From a virus (lineage: Duplodnaviria > Caudoviricetes): DNA of 60,746 bases. Below the pieces are notes generated by a model. That model made no database searches and had not been told where the DNA came from. It saw only the letters and a program-made list of their open reading frames with translations. This document shows positions 46,591 to 56,054 of the stretch, in pieces. Made by a program: the position numbers and the translations under genes. The first letter of the stretch is position 1, and the number at the start of each line of letters is the position of its first letter. Location of the stretch: positions 1 through 60,746 of IMG/VR virus record IMGVR_UViG_3300049491_000195. The stretch is one strand, 5' to 3'.

Positions 46591-48212
46591 TAACCCATTT
46601 TACCCAGACTAGCGAAACGCTTCATCCATGTCAGGACTTCTGCGTCTGCGCCTGTGTCTTCGTCGACCTTGTCTTTCTTCTTGTCATCTTTCTTGACATC
46701 TGTGTCGCCACCTTCCGAGTCGGCTGAGTCTTCTGGACCGCCGGCCTTCTTGTCTTTTAGCCAAGGTGGAAGATCACCCTTCTTTTCTTCTAAAGGTTCA
46801 TTCTCGGCAATTCTCTTATCAGCAGCCTTCATTCCGGCAGCTCTTTTATCCATCTTCGCCTGATCACCCTTAATCATTCCCATGCGCCCGTCATCTCGTG
46901 CAGCACCTTTATATGATTTAAGTGTTTCTTGAGATAGTTCATTGAGTTGTGGTTTTGCATTGAGAGTGACCATTCCCATTACAGGAGCCACTGACTCGAC
47001 TAGCTTGTCATATTTCTTAAGTGATGCGAGCATTGCTGCTACGTCTTTGTCTACATTTTCCATGGTTGGATTTCCTTCTTGTGGTTGTGGTGCAGGTAAT
47101 GCTTCGGGCCGGCCGCCTTCGGGCGCATCTGCAGAAGACCCTTTTGCTCTTGGACGAACTTGATCGGTGAAATAACCTTTATCTACCAATTTCTGTAACT
47201 TCTTAATTTCGTCATCAATCTCATAACTCTTAATCTTAAAGTCTTCTCCTTGCAGAGTTGGATCTGCGGAAAGTTCTTTAAATGCTTGTTCCATTTTTGA
47301 CTTATTCTGTTTCAGTGCCTTGGCAAGATCCGTAAACAGATATGGAAACTTTTCTGCAACAATAGCAGGCTTCACTGGCGTATCGGTAATGTCCATAAAG
47401 TTCGGACTCATATCCTTACCGCCTGCATCAAACTGAAACTTATGCTTATCGTTTAGAACTGGCTTACCTTCGTCATTAACTGTGTTAGTTATTTCCCCAT
47501 CTTTTTCTTCTTTAGCATAAGGAAAGACTTGAAACAACATTCCTCTATTGCTATAGTTATGGAAATGGGTACCAGAACTTGAGTTAGCTGTACACCATTG
47601 AGTTCCTAATCCTAGTGCGCAACCTGCTGCACGATTAAGTGTTGTATATACTCTGTAATCATCGTTATCAATAAGTTTGACACTCTTTGCCATCTTATTT
47701 CTAGCTGCATTCTTTGCCGCGTCTCTAACGTCCCTCAACTTATCTTCGTAGTGAGTGTTCATATACTTTCCGATATCACGAACACTATTAAACTTAGGAA
47801 TATCTTTGTGATTTGGGTCTAGAAGATTTCTATTCTTCAGAATAGTCCAATCTCTTAGATTCATGTTCATAACACCGGTAATATCTTCCCAGTTATGAGC
47901 TCCTGCGATGTAACGACGTACAATCCAATCGCTGTAAACACCGTCACGTGAATAAATTGTACCCTCGTAGCCTTCTTTTTCAATCTTGTCTAGATTTTCT
48001 AGGAACCATTGTGCTAATTCTTCGTCTGGTGCTTTCTGAAAAGTTCTAGATGAATTTGGAGGAAAGTTATGCGGATGTGAACGTGCATCATCGCGCATTG
48101 TATCCGCTAAACCTGCGACAAGTCTTCTGTCGTTCATAACGCGCTGGCTGCCCTTTGTCAGGGCAGCAGCTTCAGTTAAGATCATTTCATCTAGTAACTC
48201 TGCTGGCTTCAT
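46590..48212 (-). CDS. probable internal virion protein
   Basis: GTQWCTA motif; LNELSQETLKSY motif; acidic tail; late operon. Confidence 0.65.
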   Translation of the reverse strand: MKPAELLDEMILTEAAALTKGSQRVMNDRRLVAGLADTMRDDARSHPHNFPPNSSRTFQKAPDEELAQWFLENLDKIEKEGYEGTIYSRDGVYSDWIVRRYIAGAHNWEDITGVMNMNLRDWTILKNRNLLDPNHKDIPKFNSVRDIGKYMNTHYEDKLRDVRDAAKNAARNKMAKSVKLIDNDDYRVYTTLNRAAGCALGLGTQWCTANSSSGTHFHNYSNRGMLFQVFPYAKEEKDGEITNTVNDEGKPVLNDKHKFQFDAGGKDMSPNFMDITDTPVKPAIVAEKFPYLFTDLAKALKQNKSKMEQAFKELSADPTLQGEDFKIKSYEIDDEIKKLQKLVDKGYFTDQVRPRAKGSSADAPEGGRPEALPAPQPQEGNPTMENVDKDVAAMLASLKKYDKLVESVAPVMGMVTLNAKPQLNELSQETLKSYKGAARDDGRMGMIKGDQAKMDKRAAGMKAADKRIAENEPLEEKKGDLPPWLKDKKAGGPEDSADSEGGDTDVKKDDKKKDKVDEDTGADAEVLTWMKRFASLGKMG

Positions 48213-51200
48213 TTACAATCCAACAAGTTGGTCTCTTAGTCCATCAAGAATTGGGCGTAGTGCCGAAGCATTTCCACTTGCTGCTGTAGATGCGTATTCC
48301 TTGTATTCATCGCTGTCAACTGGAGCACCGGATGCCTGTGCAATCGCCTTAGTGATTGCTGCCGACAATTCCTTTGTTCTGCTGATGTAAGAAGTGTCTA
48401 CGTTGACTGCATTGTTGGTATCTAGAGAAACAAGCAATTGCTTCAATTTCTGTCCGTTACCTGCAACCTTCTGCGCACCTTCAAAGTTACCACCCTCAAT
48501 ATAGCGTTGAGCACGCTTGTTGATTTGTAGAATAGCTTGGTTTGCCAAGGTCTTTAGAACTGGACGAACACGCTGGAAGATTTGTTGAACTGCCTGCGTT
48601 GGATCAGTGGATGGCGATTTCTTCAAATCTGAACGTTGCTTCATCTTATCACGTTCAACGGAGCCAGGCTTCGCGCCACCAGCTGCATTTTCAAATCCGG
48701 TAATATAGACGTTCTTCAGTGTGCCGATTTGTTCAGCAAGCAAGTTGAAAACGTTGTATGCATTCTGCATGTCTTTACCGCTGTGCTTACCCATTCTAGC
48801 ACGCATAACAGTTGGATCTTTTGCATCGCGATAATCTTGCCCGTCTTCCGGAGGAGCACGTAGCAATTCCGGATCAACTTGTTGACCATCGTCAGTAAAA
48901 GCGATAATCTGGTATGGTAATGTACTGTCTCCACCCGGATTATATTGCTTGCCCTTTCTTGCAAATTCCTTTGTTCTTGCATCAATGAATTTCTTGTCAG
49001 GCTTGATACCTGCGACACCATTTTGTGCTGTAACGATAACAAAGTTGTCTGGATTAGCTTTGAATTCTTTCCATAGCAATCTTTCGCTGAATGGTGCCGG
49101 CTGAAGATCTGCATCGTTGCTCAAGCCGTGCCTTCTGTGCATCCAACGAACTAGATTTTGTCCGCCCTTTTGCTTACCAACTAGCTTGCTCAAGGAACTT
49201 TCTTCAATAAACGCTTCCTCTAGCTCCTCGTCCCACTTAATCTGCTCTAGCAGAGTCGGATTTAGCATTGATTCACGCAATCTAGGCATGCCGCCTTGCG
49301 CACCTGCGATCTGTGCTTGTCCTTGTGTTGGCCCACCTAACTTTGCATCCGAATCCGGATAAGCATAGATGTATTGTCCCATTGGATCTCTTACCAAGTG
49401 GAAACGTACACCATTCATGCTGTATTCCTTGACGTCTGGCTTGTATCCAGGAACTGCCATTCCGTGGTCAACATCAACTCTGCCCAAGTCTTGTGCATTG
49501 TCTCTCAACCATGCTGCTACAGAACGCATTTCTGCATCTGTGTTTGGACCCTGTCCCTGTACATTGGCCATTGTTTGAATTTGTTCAAGTGGAGTATTTG
49601 TAAACATACCAAATAGCTGACGACCCATACCACGAACGTTTTGCTGGCTGTAGCCTGGCAAATTGCTGACATGGTGCCACTCTGGAGTTTGCATTCCTGT
49701 TGTCTGCATTGCATTGCTAATAATTGCTGGAACGTCTGCTGCTGTTCTTAATGCAACCGCATTGGTTGCTTGATCTGGAAGAACATCTGATTCTCCAGCA
49801 CCTGCCATCGGATTAATACGGTTCATGAAGTCACGCATTGTGTCTGATGGAGAAATAGCACCAACTTTACGTTGTGTATCTGCACGTGATGCAGCCGGTA
49901 GGTTCATAGGTTTATCGCTACCAACAACTTCACCATCATCGGTATCCATTGTAGCTGGAAGATCATCATTACCCAAACTTAGAATATCGTCAATATCGTC
50001 GAGGTGATGGCGAGACTTTGTCATTGTTGGCTTTGCTTCAGAAACATCGCCCATAACACGGTCATAGCAAGCCTTCATTTCTTCCGGAGTATACATCATC
50101 AATTCTTGCATTGAATAATGTCTGCTGTCCTTACTGAAACCCATGTTTTGAATGTTTTCAATCTTCTGGGCCATTTCCTGCTTGTGCATGTCATTCCCAG
50201 TATCCATCATTGGTTCTTGTTCATCGAACTCACCGAAATGATCTTGTGAATAACGTCCTGCCTTACCATATGCATCAGTTGTTGTATCTGGCATTTCTGG
50301 TTCAGCTTCATCCATCGCACCTAAGTTCTCATCACCGTATGTCATTGGAGAATTTTGTCCTGCAGACTTACTCTTCATGTCTGATCTAATAACAAGATTA
50401 CCAAGCTTTACACCCTTACCGGATGCTGGCTTTTCGACAAACTTATTATCTTCCTCATCAACCATGCCGTCCATTGTGGCATCATCCATGATTTCCAGGC
50501 CATCGACTTGCATACCCATTTCAGAGCCGTCACACGCCGGGCAACCCTGTCCCTGGCAGGCTGGGCATCCAGTGCTGTCTTGTTCCATACCATCAACCTC
50601 TGCACCCAACTCTGGGAAGCAGGTTGGGCAATTCCAGGCACCACATTCACATGCTGGCTTGGCCATTGCTTGCTGCATTGGAACACCTTCATTCTGAAGT
50701 GCTTCTTCAACTGCCGACATCCACTTGCTAAATTCGTCCTTTTGATCCATTGCTGGCTCCTCTACCTTTACGTTTGCTGAACCGAATGACATAGGCGAGA
50801 GATTGCCGTCATTATCCATTTCACCAAAATTGTCTTTTGCGTTTTGTTCTAGAACTGCTGCAATGTTGGCAACAGGTACGACAATCTCTTTATTGTCGAA
50901 ACTAATGATTGCTTCTTGACCACTTGTGCTGTAGGCAACAAAGACACCCATTCCTGGGCCAATAACTGAGCCGTAAACATCGGCAATTTTCACCATATCA
51001 CCTGAGCGGAATTCCGGACGCTCATTTGATGTACCTGGTGTATCTGGATTTACACTCATGTGGAACCAATCGTTGCCCTTTTGGTAGCCATCTTCGTAGT
51101 CACGTTCTGGGAGGCCAAATTCATCGGCACCAAGTTCCTTAGCAATACCCTTGATATCAACCATAGCACCATCTTGAGTGCTGTGCATATATCTACCAGT

Positions 51201-51329
51201 TCCACCACCGACGCTAGGATCAACCATAATGGTTGCATCTTGCTTAATCAATGCGTGTTTTGGGTCCTGATCGGGGAAGACTGCCGGTACACTCTCCATA
51301 ATCTTTATCCATTTTCTAATATCTGACAT
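48213..51329 (-). CDS. large acidic Met-rich protein, probable internal virion protein
   Basis: Start MSDIRKWIKIMES after ATAAATA; many [LIV]xE sites; Cys cluster CECGAWNCPTC / CPACQGQGCPAC. Confidence 0.65.
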   Translation of the reverse strand: MSDIRKWIKIMESVPAVFPDQDPKHALIKQDATIMVDPSVGGGTGRYMHSTQDGAMVDIKGIAKELGADEFGLPERDYEDGYQKGNDWFHMSVNPDTPGTSNERPEFRSGDMVKIADVYGSVIGPGMGVFVAYSTSGQEAIISFDNKEIVVPVANIAAVLEQNAKDNFGEMDNDGNLSPMSFGSANVKVEEPAMDQKDEFSKWMSAVEEALQNEGVPMQQAMAKPACECGAWNCPTCFPELGAEVDGMEQDSTGCPACQGQGCPACDGSEMGMQVDGLEIMDDATMDGMVDEEDNKFVEKPASGKGVKLGNLVIRSDMKSKSAGQNSPMTYGDENLGAMDEAEPEMPDTTTDAYGKAGRYSQDHFGEFDEQEPMMDTGNDMHKQEMAQKIENIQNMGFSKDSRHYSMQELMMYTPEEMKACYDRVMGDVSEAKPTMTKSRHHLDDIDDILSLGNDDLPATMDTDDGEVVGSDKPMNLPAASRADTQRKVGAISPSDTMRDFMNRINPMAGAGESDVLPDQATNAVALRTAADVPAIISNAMQTTGMQTPEWHHVSNLPGYSQQNVRGMGRQLFGMFTNTPLEQIQTMANVQGQGPNTDAEMRSVAAWLRDNAQDLGRVDVDHGMAVPGYKPDVKEYSMNGVRFHLVRDPMGQYIYAYPDSDAKLGGPTQGQAQIAGAQGGMPRLRESMLNPTLLEQIKWDEELEEAFIEESSLSKLVGKQKGGQNLVRWMHRRHGLSNDADLQPAPFSERLLWKEFKANPDNFVIVTAQNGVAGIKPDKKFIDARTKEFARKGKQYNPGGDSTLPYQIIAFTDDGQQVDPELLRAPPEDGQDYRDAKDPTVMRARMGKHSGKDMQNAYNVFNLLAEQIGTLKNVYITGFENAAGGAKPGSVERDKMKQRSDLKKSPSTDPTQAVQQIFQRVRPVLKTLANQAILQINKRAQRYIEGGNFEGAQKVAGNGQKLKQLLVSLDTNNAVNVDTSYISRTKELSAAITKAIAQASGAPVDSDEYKEYASTAASGNASALRPILDGLRDQLVGL

Positions 51330-51388
51330 TGGGCATCCCTTGTTATTCAATATTGTATTTATCAAGGTCTACGGAGTTTGCGGCCATT

Positions 51389-51414
51389 AAAAAAGGGTGC
51401 CCGGAGGCACCCTT
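51389..51414 (-). terminator. intrinsic terminator
   Basis: AAGGGTGCC-TCCG-GGCACCCTTTTTT on the minus strand. Confidence 0.8.
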
Positions 51415-51432
51415 GGGTGTTTGTTCTTGTTT

Positions 51433-52452
51433 TTATTTCTTTAGTTCATTTGGAATAAAAGATCTGCCAGCGCGCCAGTGCTTGGTTGTCTGTACGTGAC
51501 CCTTTCGTACAAACTTAGCAATGGATGTCTTAAACTCCCTATAGGTGAAAGAATCTGCCAGTCGGACGACATAGCCTTCATCCCTTTCCCAATGCAGAGT
51601 CTTCTCCAGTGCTCGTATTTTAGCCTCATCCCAAATATCTTTGTAGATTACCGGAACAGGTTCAATACCCAGCAGGTCAAAATACTGCAAAGTATCGTCC
51701 CAGCTAAGGCAAACATTCATCTCATTCCAGACGGAAAATCCAAGGAAATAAGATGTTAGGTCCGCGTAGTGGATCGAGTGCTCAGCCCACAGATTCTCGC
51801 CACAAATCCGCCAATCCTGCGGTATATCGTGTGCAATTCCGGACCAAAATCCCTTGACCCAAGCACGGTCTGCCCCGCCCCTTGAATCTATGCTACGTGC
51901 ATGGATATGGTCACTATACATGGTAGTATTTTCACCATCCATTTTCTTTGTGACAATAACCAGTTTCCCTACGAAGTGTGAAAGATCCTGCATTACGCGG
52001 TCATCATCGTTGACGCCCGGACTCCAGGGTAGATGGTTGGTCCTAGGATATTTTACACGAGAGGTAAACAGGGGCAACACTTCTTCTAGAACCTTTTGTA
52101 CGGATTCATCAAAGAATAGTTCGCCCTTCCCCCTGCGGCCGTCTTCCAATACAGGATTACCCCATTTGTCATAAATGTGGTCATCGTAAAGGTGAGGCGG
52201 AACCCATACCTTGGTGATCCCGGCCGCATGGCGGACATCTTCTACGCTGATAGTGGTACGTTCGCATGCAAGGTGGTGTTCCTCACACACAGACGCACCA
52301 TTCTCCAAATAATAGCCGCCGTCGGGCCACAGTCTGCGCTCAAGAATGTGATGTGCATCCTTGGCAGGTTTTTCGCAGAAGACACACCTATGACCATCCC
52401 GTAGGAATACCCCTTCCCGGAATGCATCACGTGTTAACAGTTTTGATTCCAT
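51433..52452 (-). CDS. HNH endonuclease-like domain fused to an RNA ligase-family nucleotidyltransferase
   Basis: RD..RCVFC...DAHHI...NGASVC..HH, then KYPRT.HLPWSPG, KMDGEN, CGENL, EGYVVR, AKFVR. Confidence 0.85.
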   Translation of the reverse strand: MESKLLTRDAFREGVFLRDGHRCVFCEKPAKDAHHILERRLWPDGGYYLENGASVCEEHHLACERTTISVEDVRHAAGITKVWVPPHLYDDHIYDKWGNPVLEDGRRGKGELFFDESVQKVLEEVLPLFTSRVKYPRTNHLPWSPGVNDDDRVMQDLSHFVGKLVIVTKKMDGENTTMYSDHIHARSIDSRGGADRAWVKGFWSGIAHDIPQDWRICGENLWAEHSIHYADLTSYFLGFSVWNEMNVCLSWDDTLQYFDLLGIEPVPVIYKDIWDEAKIRALEKTLHWERDEGYVVRLADSFTYREFKTSIAKFVRKGHVQTTKHWRAGRSFIPNELKK

Positions 52453-52479
52453 AATTCTTGGTAGTCCAAGAACTACCAC

Positions 52480-52947
52480 TCAAAAGTTATATTCAAGCGC
52501 CAAATTGATAACTTCGAAAGTTGAAAAATCCTTCTTCGGAATTACTGACAGAACCGCGTTGGTCTTTTCAGTAATTGGCATCTTCAACAATGCAGCCGCG
52601 AAGGGGAAAATAGCAGAGTTTTCGTAGCCGGTAACAGCACCAAGGAAAACACCCATGTACCTATTGTACATAAATTCCTTGCCGCCGTAAACCGAAGTAT
52701 GGTATTGTGAATTACGATAAACGCCTACAGCATATCCACTGTCAAACTTATATGCCAGCCCAAAGTTGTTATTGTTGTGTGCTTTGTCGGTATGAATCCA
52801 TCGTTGGCCATTCTCGTCGGTAAATTCATATGAACTGTCATGATTATTGGCACTGTGGCGTGAAATCAAATGAACAGTAATTCCATCTGCAAAAGCAAAT
52901 GTCGACGAAAGTCCCAATACAGCTACTGCCAATAATTTCTTATACAT
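52480..52947 (-). CDS. outer-membrane beta-barrel protein, PagP-like
   Basis: Signal peptide, S-x-H, N-x-N-x-G-x-x-Y, Y-x-NS, G..TGY, C-terminal aromatic beta-signal (LEYNF). Confidence 0.55.
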   Translation of the reverse strand: MYKKLLAVAVLGLSSTFAFADGITVHLISRHSANNHDSSYEFTDENGQRWIHTDKAHNNNNFGLAYKFDSGYAVGVYRNSQYHTSVYGGKEFMYNRYMGVFLGAVTGYENSAIFPFAAALLKMPITEKTNAVLSVIPKKDFSTFEVINLALEYNF

Positions 52948-52967
52948 GACAGGCCTTGCTGACCTCA

Positions 52968-53099
52968 TCAGCCTTCATACCTGCCTTGATAGCTTCCATT
53001 TTGCAGGTGTGATTGATATGCACAAGATGAAAGGAAAATCGTTAGGCACATTGCACATATACCTACCAGGAATAATATATTTCTTAGATCTGCATCCAT
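52968..53099 (-). CDS. small putative lipoprotein (43 aa, not in ORF track)
   Basis: MDADLRNILFLVGICAMCLTIFLSSC: hydrophobic stretch ending in an LSSC lipobox; start coupled TAATG. Confidence 0.45.
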   Translation of the reverse strand: MDADLRNILFLVGICAMCLTIFLSSCAYQSHLQNGSYQGRYEG

Positions 53100-54463
53100 T
53101 ATTTAATCTCCGCTGAAGAGTTTGCCACAGTCTTGTCGCTTCTAAACTCGGCAAAACGGCACAGGAACAGTGAATCCACTCCGGTACGAGTCTTGCTCTT
53201 GATGCGCTCATTGTAGAGCACCGTTGCAATGGTTCCAAGAAGTTCATTCTGTGTTGCAGTAATTTCCTTACGCAACTCATCCGAGAATCCACTGATATTG
53301 CATTCAACAAGCCTGTCACTGGATGCCATCTGGATGCTGCCGACCATACCGACAAACTTACCTTCGCCGGGATTGAAACCGATGATCTCCATGTCGGCAT
53401 CCTTTTCTGCCTTGAATTTAACCAGGTGCTTGCTGCGGGTATCTTCCCACAGGCCGCAATAATTCTTCAGGATGGTGCCTTCTTCGCCATCGGCCAGCAA
53501 CTCTTCAAAGTGGGCCACTGCTTCTGCCTGGCTATTCACGACGCGGGTCGGAATCATCCAGAAAGTTGCCTTCTTACCCTTAAGCTTTGCGGCCAGTGCA
53601 TCCACATCTCTCGGTGTGACACTTTGTACAGCCAAATCCAACGATGCAAAACGCTTTTCATACGTCAGCTTGGAAATACCCGCCTTGAATTCATCTGCAG
53701 GGATGATATCCCAAATCTGGGCACGAACCATCTTGGCTTCTTCGGGGCTAATCGTGCCTTTGATAGCTTTGTTGATGATGCCATTGCCGGTCTTTCTATC
53801 CAGAAGCTTGCCATTAGCATCCACAACCACCAACTCACCGTCAATTACGACAGGTTTGGAAAATTGCTTGCCAAGTTCGACAAATTCCGGTTCCATGTAT
53901 CCAAGCAAGTCGATCGCACGACCGCTGCGTCCACAGATAGCAACCTTATTGCCATCCACATGGAAGTTTACCCGGAGACCGTCAGCCTTCAACTGGCTAA
54001 GGGCCGGATAGGTAATGTTCTTGATGTTTTTCTCGTCGTAAGGACGACAGAGCAAACAGGGGTAGGTCGGGATGAATCCTTTGATCACTTCATTGATCGT
54101 GCCATCCGCCATACCGCAACGCAGATCCTTGCCAATAATGCGCTCAATAACAGTGGCGTCAGGAGTGTCAAGGCTGCTAAGAACACCACGAAGATGCTCA
54201 ATAGCTGCGTTACCAGTGAGTTGTCTAGACGACAACTTGTCAAGTTCAGCCAATGCCCAGTCGAGGGTCTGGTGGCTTTCGCCTTCTGCAAGGAACTTGA
54301 AGGTATAGGAAGGGATTTTTCGGATGAAGAAGTTGACATATGGATCCAGAGCAAGTTTCACAACTTTCAGGAATAACTCGTTGTCACGATGCTGCTCGAT
54401 CAGCGCATGCTTATGACCACGCTTAGTGTCGGACCCGATATTTTCCAGAATCTGCAGAATCAT
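53099..54463 (-). CDS. ATP-dependent DNA ligase (gp30-like)
   Basis: KDLRCG, QLKADGLR, IDGEL, WDII, EGTILKN, RSKHLVKFK, SLFL.RF. Confidence 0.93.
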   Translation of the reverse strand: MILQILENIGSDTKRGHKHALIEQHRDNELFLKVVKLALDPYVNFFIRKIPSYTFKFLAEGESHQTLDWALAELDKLSSRQLTGNAAIEHLRGVLSSLDTPDATVIERIIGKDLRCGMADGTINEVIKGFIPTYPCLLCRPYDEKNIKNITYPALSQLKADGLRVNFHVDGNKVAICGRSGRAIDLLGYMEPEFVELGKQFSKPVVIDGELVVVDANGKLLDRKTGNGIINKAIKGTISPEEAKMVRAQIWDIIPADEFKAGISKLTYEKRFASLDLAVQSVTPRDVDALAAKLKGKKATFWMIPTRVVNSQAEAVAHFEELLADGEEGTILKNYCGLWEDTRSKHLVKFKAEKDADMEIIGFNPGEGKFVGMVGSIQMASSDRLVECNISGFSDELRKEITATQNELLGTIATVLYNERIKSKTRTGVDSLFLCRFAEFRSDKTVANSSAEIK

Positions 54464-54483
54464 AGTATCCCCTTTGTGTCACA

Positions 54484-54512
54484 ATTGTACTGTGATCAAC
54501 AGGTCTTGTCAA
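54484..54512 (-). promoter_or_regulatory. sigma70-like promoter
   Basis: TTGACA-17 nt-TACAAT upstream of the ligase. Confidence 0.65.
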
Positions 54513-54696
54513 TCGGGTGTTTGAATACATCCTTAAGCTCTTTCTCAAGGATATAGTTAGCCATTTCTGGTGGCATTGTCAGGTACATTCTATCGTGGTG
54601 TGTCTCACAATAGGATTTACCGTATATGGTTGGATGATGGCATTTTTCACCATCTCCAATCCACGTGCAAATTGTTGGCTTATCTTGGCTTTTCAT
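54496..54696 (-). CDS. small Zn-finger protein (GcrA C-terminal-like)
   Basis: CTWIGD...C......SYCETHHDRMY. Confidence 0.5.
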   Translation of the reverse strand: MKSQDKPTICTWIGDGEKCHHPTIYGKSYCETHHDRMYLTMPPEMANYILEKELKDVFKHPIDKTC

Positions 54697-55855
54697 ACCA
54701 AGTTGTCATGCCAAACGGAGACTTGATGCGGTGCTCCGGATCGCTGTGGATGACATATACGGTATCGCAGTAAAGCGGGTCGCCAAAGCCAAGACCGCAA
54801 TCATATCCATCGGTGAAGTGGATAAACTTTTCCGGCATGATGTCATTTGCCTTCATGTAACGCCAGTTACAGTTGAAGTCGTTACCACCACGACCCATAA
54901 CCTTGTATTCGTCGATTTCGTCCAAATTGTCCGGTGTGTATTTCTGCGGATTGTAGACTTCCGTGTCCGAGCACCACAGCAGCAAGTTGAAATCTTGGAA
55001 CTGTTGCATAATGCCCTTAACTTCACCAAGGAAGTCACGGATCATCTCGTCGGAAATAGAACCCGAACTGTCCATTGCTACTGCAACGTCAATCTTGAAG
55101 TCTTTCTTCGTGCCAGGCAGGAAAATACCCATCGCCTGGGTCTTTCTCGAGCAACGATTCCAGTCAAAGTCGTTACGCATGATCGATTGGACAGTCATGT
55201 TCAAGATTTCACGCCAATCCATCTGCGGTTCCGTCATGTCTTTCAACATGCGCTTCACACCCAATGGTGTGTTGCCAACGTCAACCTTTGCGGCTTGCAT
55301 AACAGCGGCAGCAATCTCATTGGAAAGGTTGCGACGCTCTTCTTCCGTCATCGGTTCACCCTTACCATCACCCGGTTCGAGGTGAATGTCAAATTCAGGA
55401 TGTTTTGCGCTGGGATCTTTCAGGAGAAGCTCGTAGACTTCTTCCGTGAACATTCCCTTGTACTTGGGATCGTAGCAACCCTCAACACCAGTGCGGACCT
55501 TATCCGGGAATGTACCAACTCTGTGATCACGCAACTCGCCATTGATAACATAGTCAGCAGCAGCATTCCATAACTTGGCCTTTCGGCTTCCGCGGCGGCT
55601 CATGTGGTCATACACACAATGCTCAACTTCGTGTGCAATCAGGAAGATTGTTTCCTGTTTGTTCAACTTCTCGATGAAGTTGCGGTTGTAGTAGAAATAA
55701 CGACCGTCAGTTGCAGCGGTCGGGCACCAATCGGAATCGGTTTCATCCCTCAAAATCAACCTGGTGGCAAGAGTGCCCCAAAAAGGTTGAGTCAGGAGCA
55801 GCGAGACTCGTGCTCTGATAATTTGTTCGACGATTTCGTCAGGTGATTTTGCCAT
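54680..55855 (-). CDS. putative metallopeptidase plus VWA-like domain protein (DUF2201 type)
   Basis: TAATDG, HEVEH, WNAAADYVIN, DSSGS MIDAS, GRGG.DF, FTDG. Confidence 0.88.
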   Translation of the reverse strand: MAKSPDEIVEQIIRARVSLLLTQPFWGTLATRLILRDETDSDWCPTAATDGRYFYYNRNFIEKLNKQETIFLIAHEVEHCVYDHMSRRGSRKAKLWNAAADYVINGELRDHRVGTFPDKVRTGVEGCYDPKYKGMFTEEVYELLLKDPSAKHPEFDIHLEPGDGKGEPMTEEERRNLSNEIAAAVMQAAKVDVGNTPLGVKRMLKDMTEPQMDWREILNMTVQSIMRNDFDWNRCSRKTQAMGIFLPGTKKDFKIDVAVAMDSSGSISDEMIRDFLGEVKGIMQQFQDFNLLLWCSDTEVYNPQKYTPDNLDEIDEYKVMGRGGNDFNCNWRYMKANDIMPEKFIHFTDGYDCGLGFGDPLYCDTVYVIHSDPEHRIKSPFGMTTWYEKPR

Positions 55856-55910
55856 GTGTACCTCGTTGTGTGTCATTATAGCGAGACAGAGGCGTGTCTG
55901 CAAGCGGTAG

Positions 55911-56051
55911 TGGTACCCCATGATGGAACACTTCAAACCACCGTCCTGCCAGTTAAGTGCTGGCTGCTCTCTTCAGTGTAACTAATCCGGCATGCAGCCG
56001 GTGGCGCCACCTTGTGTGCAGCGACCGAACGTTTTTCTGAGCTAATGAGGT
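55911..56051 (-). ncRNA. tRNA-like RNA (Lys-CUU-like anticodon) with a 69-nt structured D-loop
   Basis: Acceptor ACCTCAT/ATGGGGT + ACCA; D-stem GCTC/GAGC; anticodon stem GCCAG/CTGGC with loop CACTTAA; T-stem GGTGG/CCATC; TACACT -10 box 5 nt upstream. Confidence 0.7.
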
Positions 56052-56054
56052 ATC

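Noticed and set aside
53426-55573. Long plus-strand ORFs (316 aa and 302 aa) opposite the ligase and VWA genes
   Set aside because: Antisense shadows of genes with strong codon bias; no RBS or recognisable motifs
55911-55991. Ordinary 81-nt tRNA-Lys starting at GCCGGAT
   Set aside because: The acceptor has two G-G mismatches and the D-stem fails; the 5' strand at 56051 pairs fully
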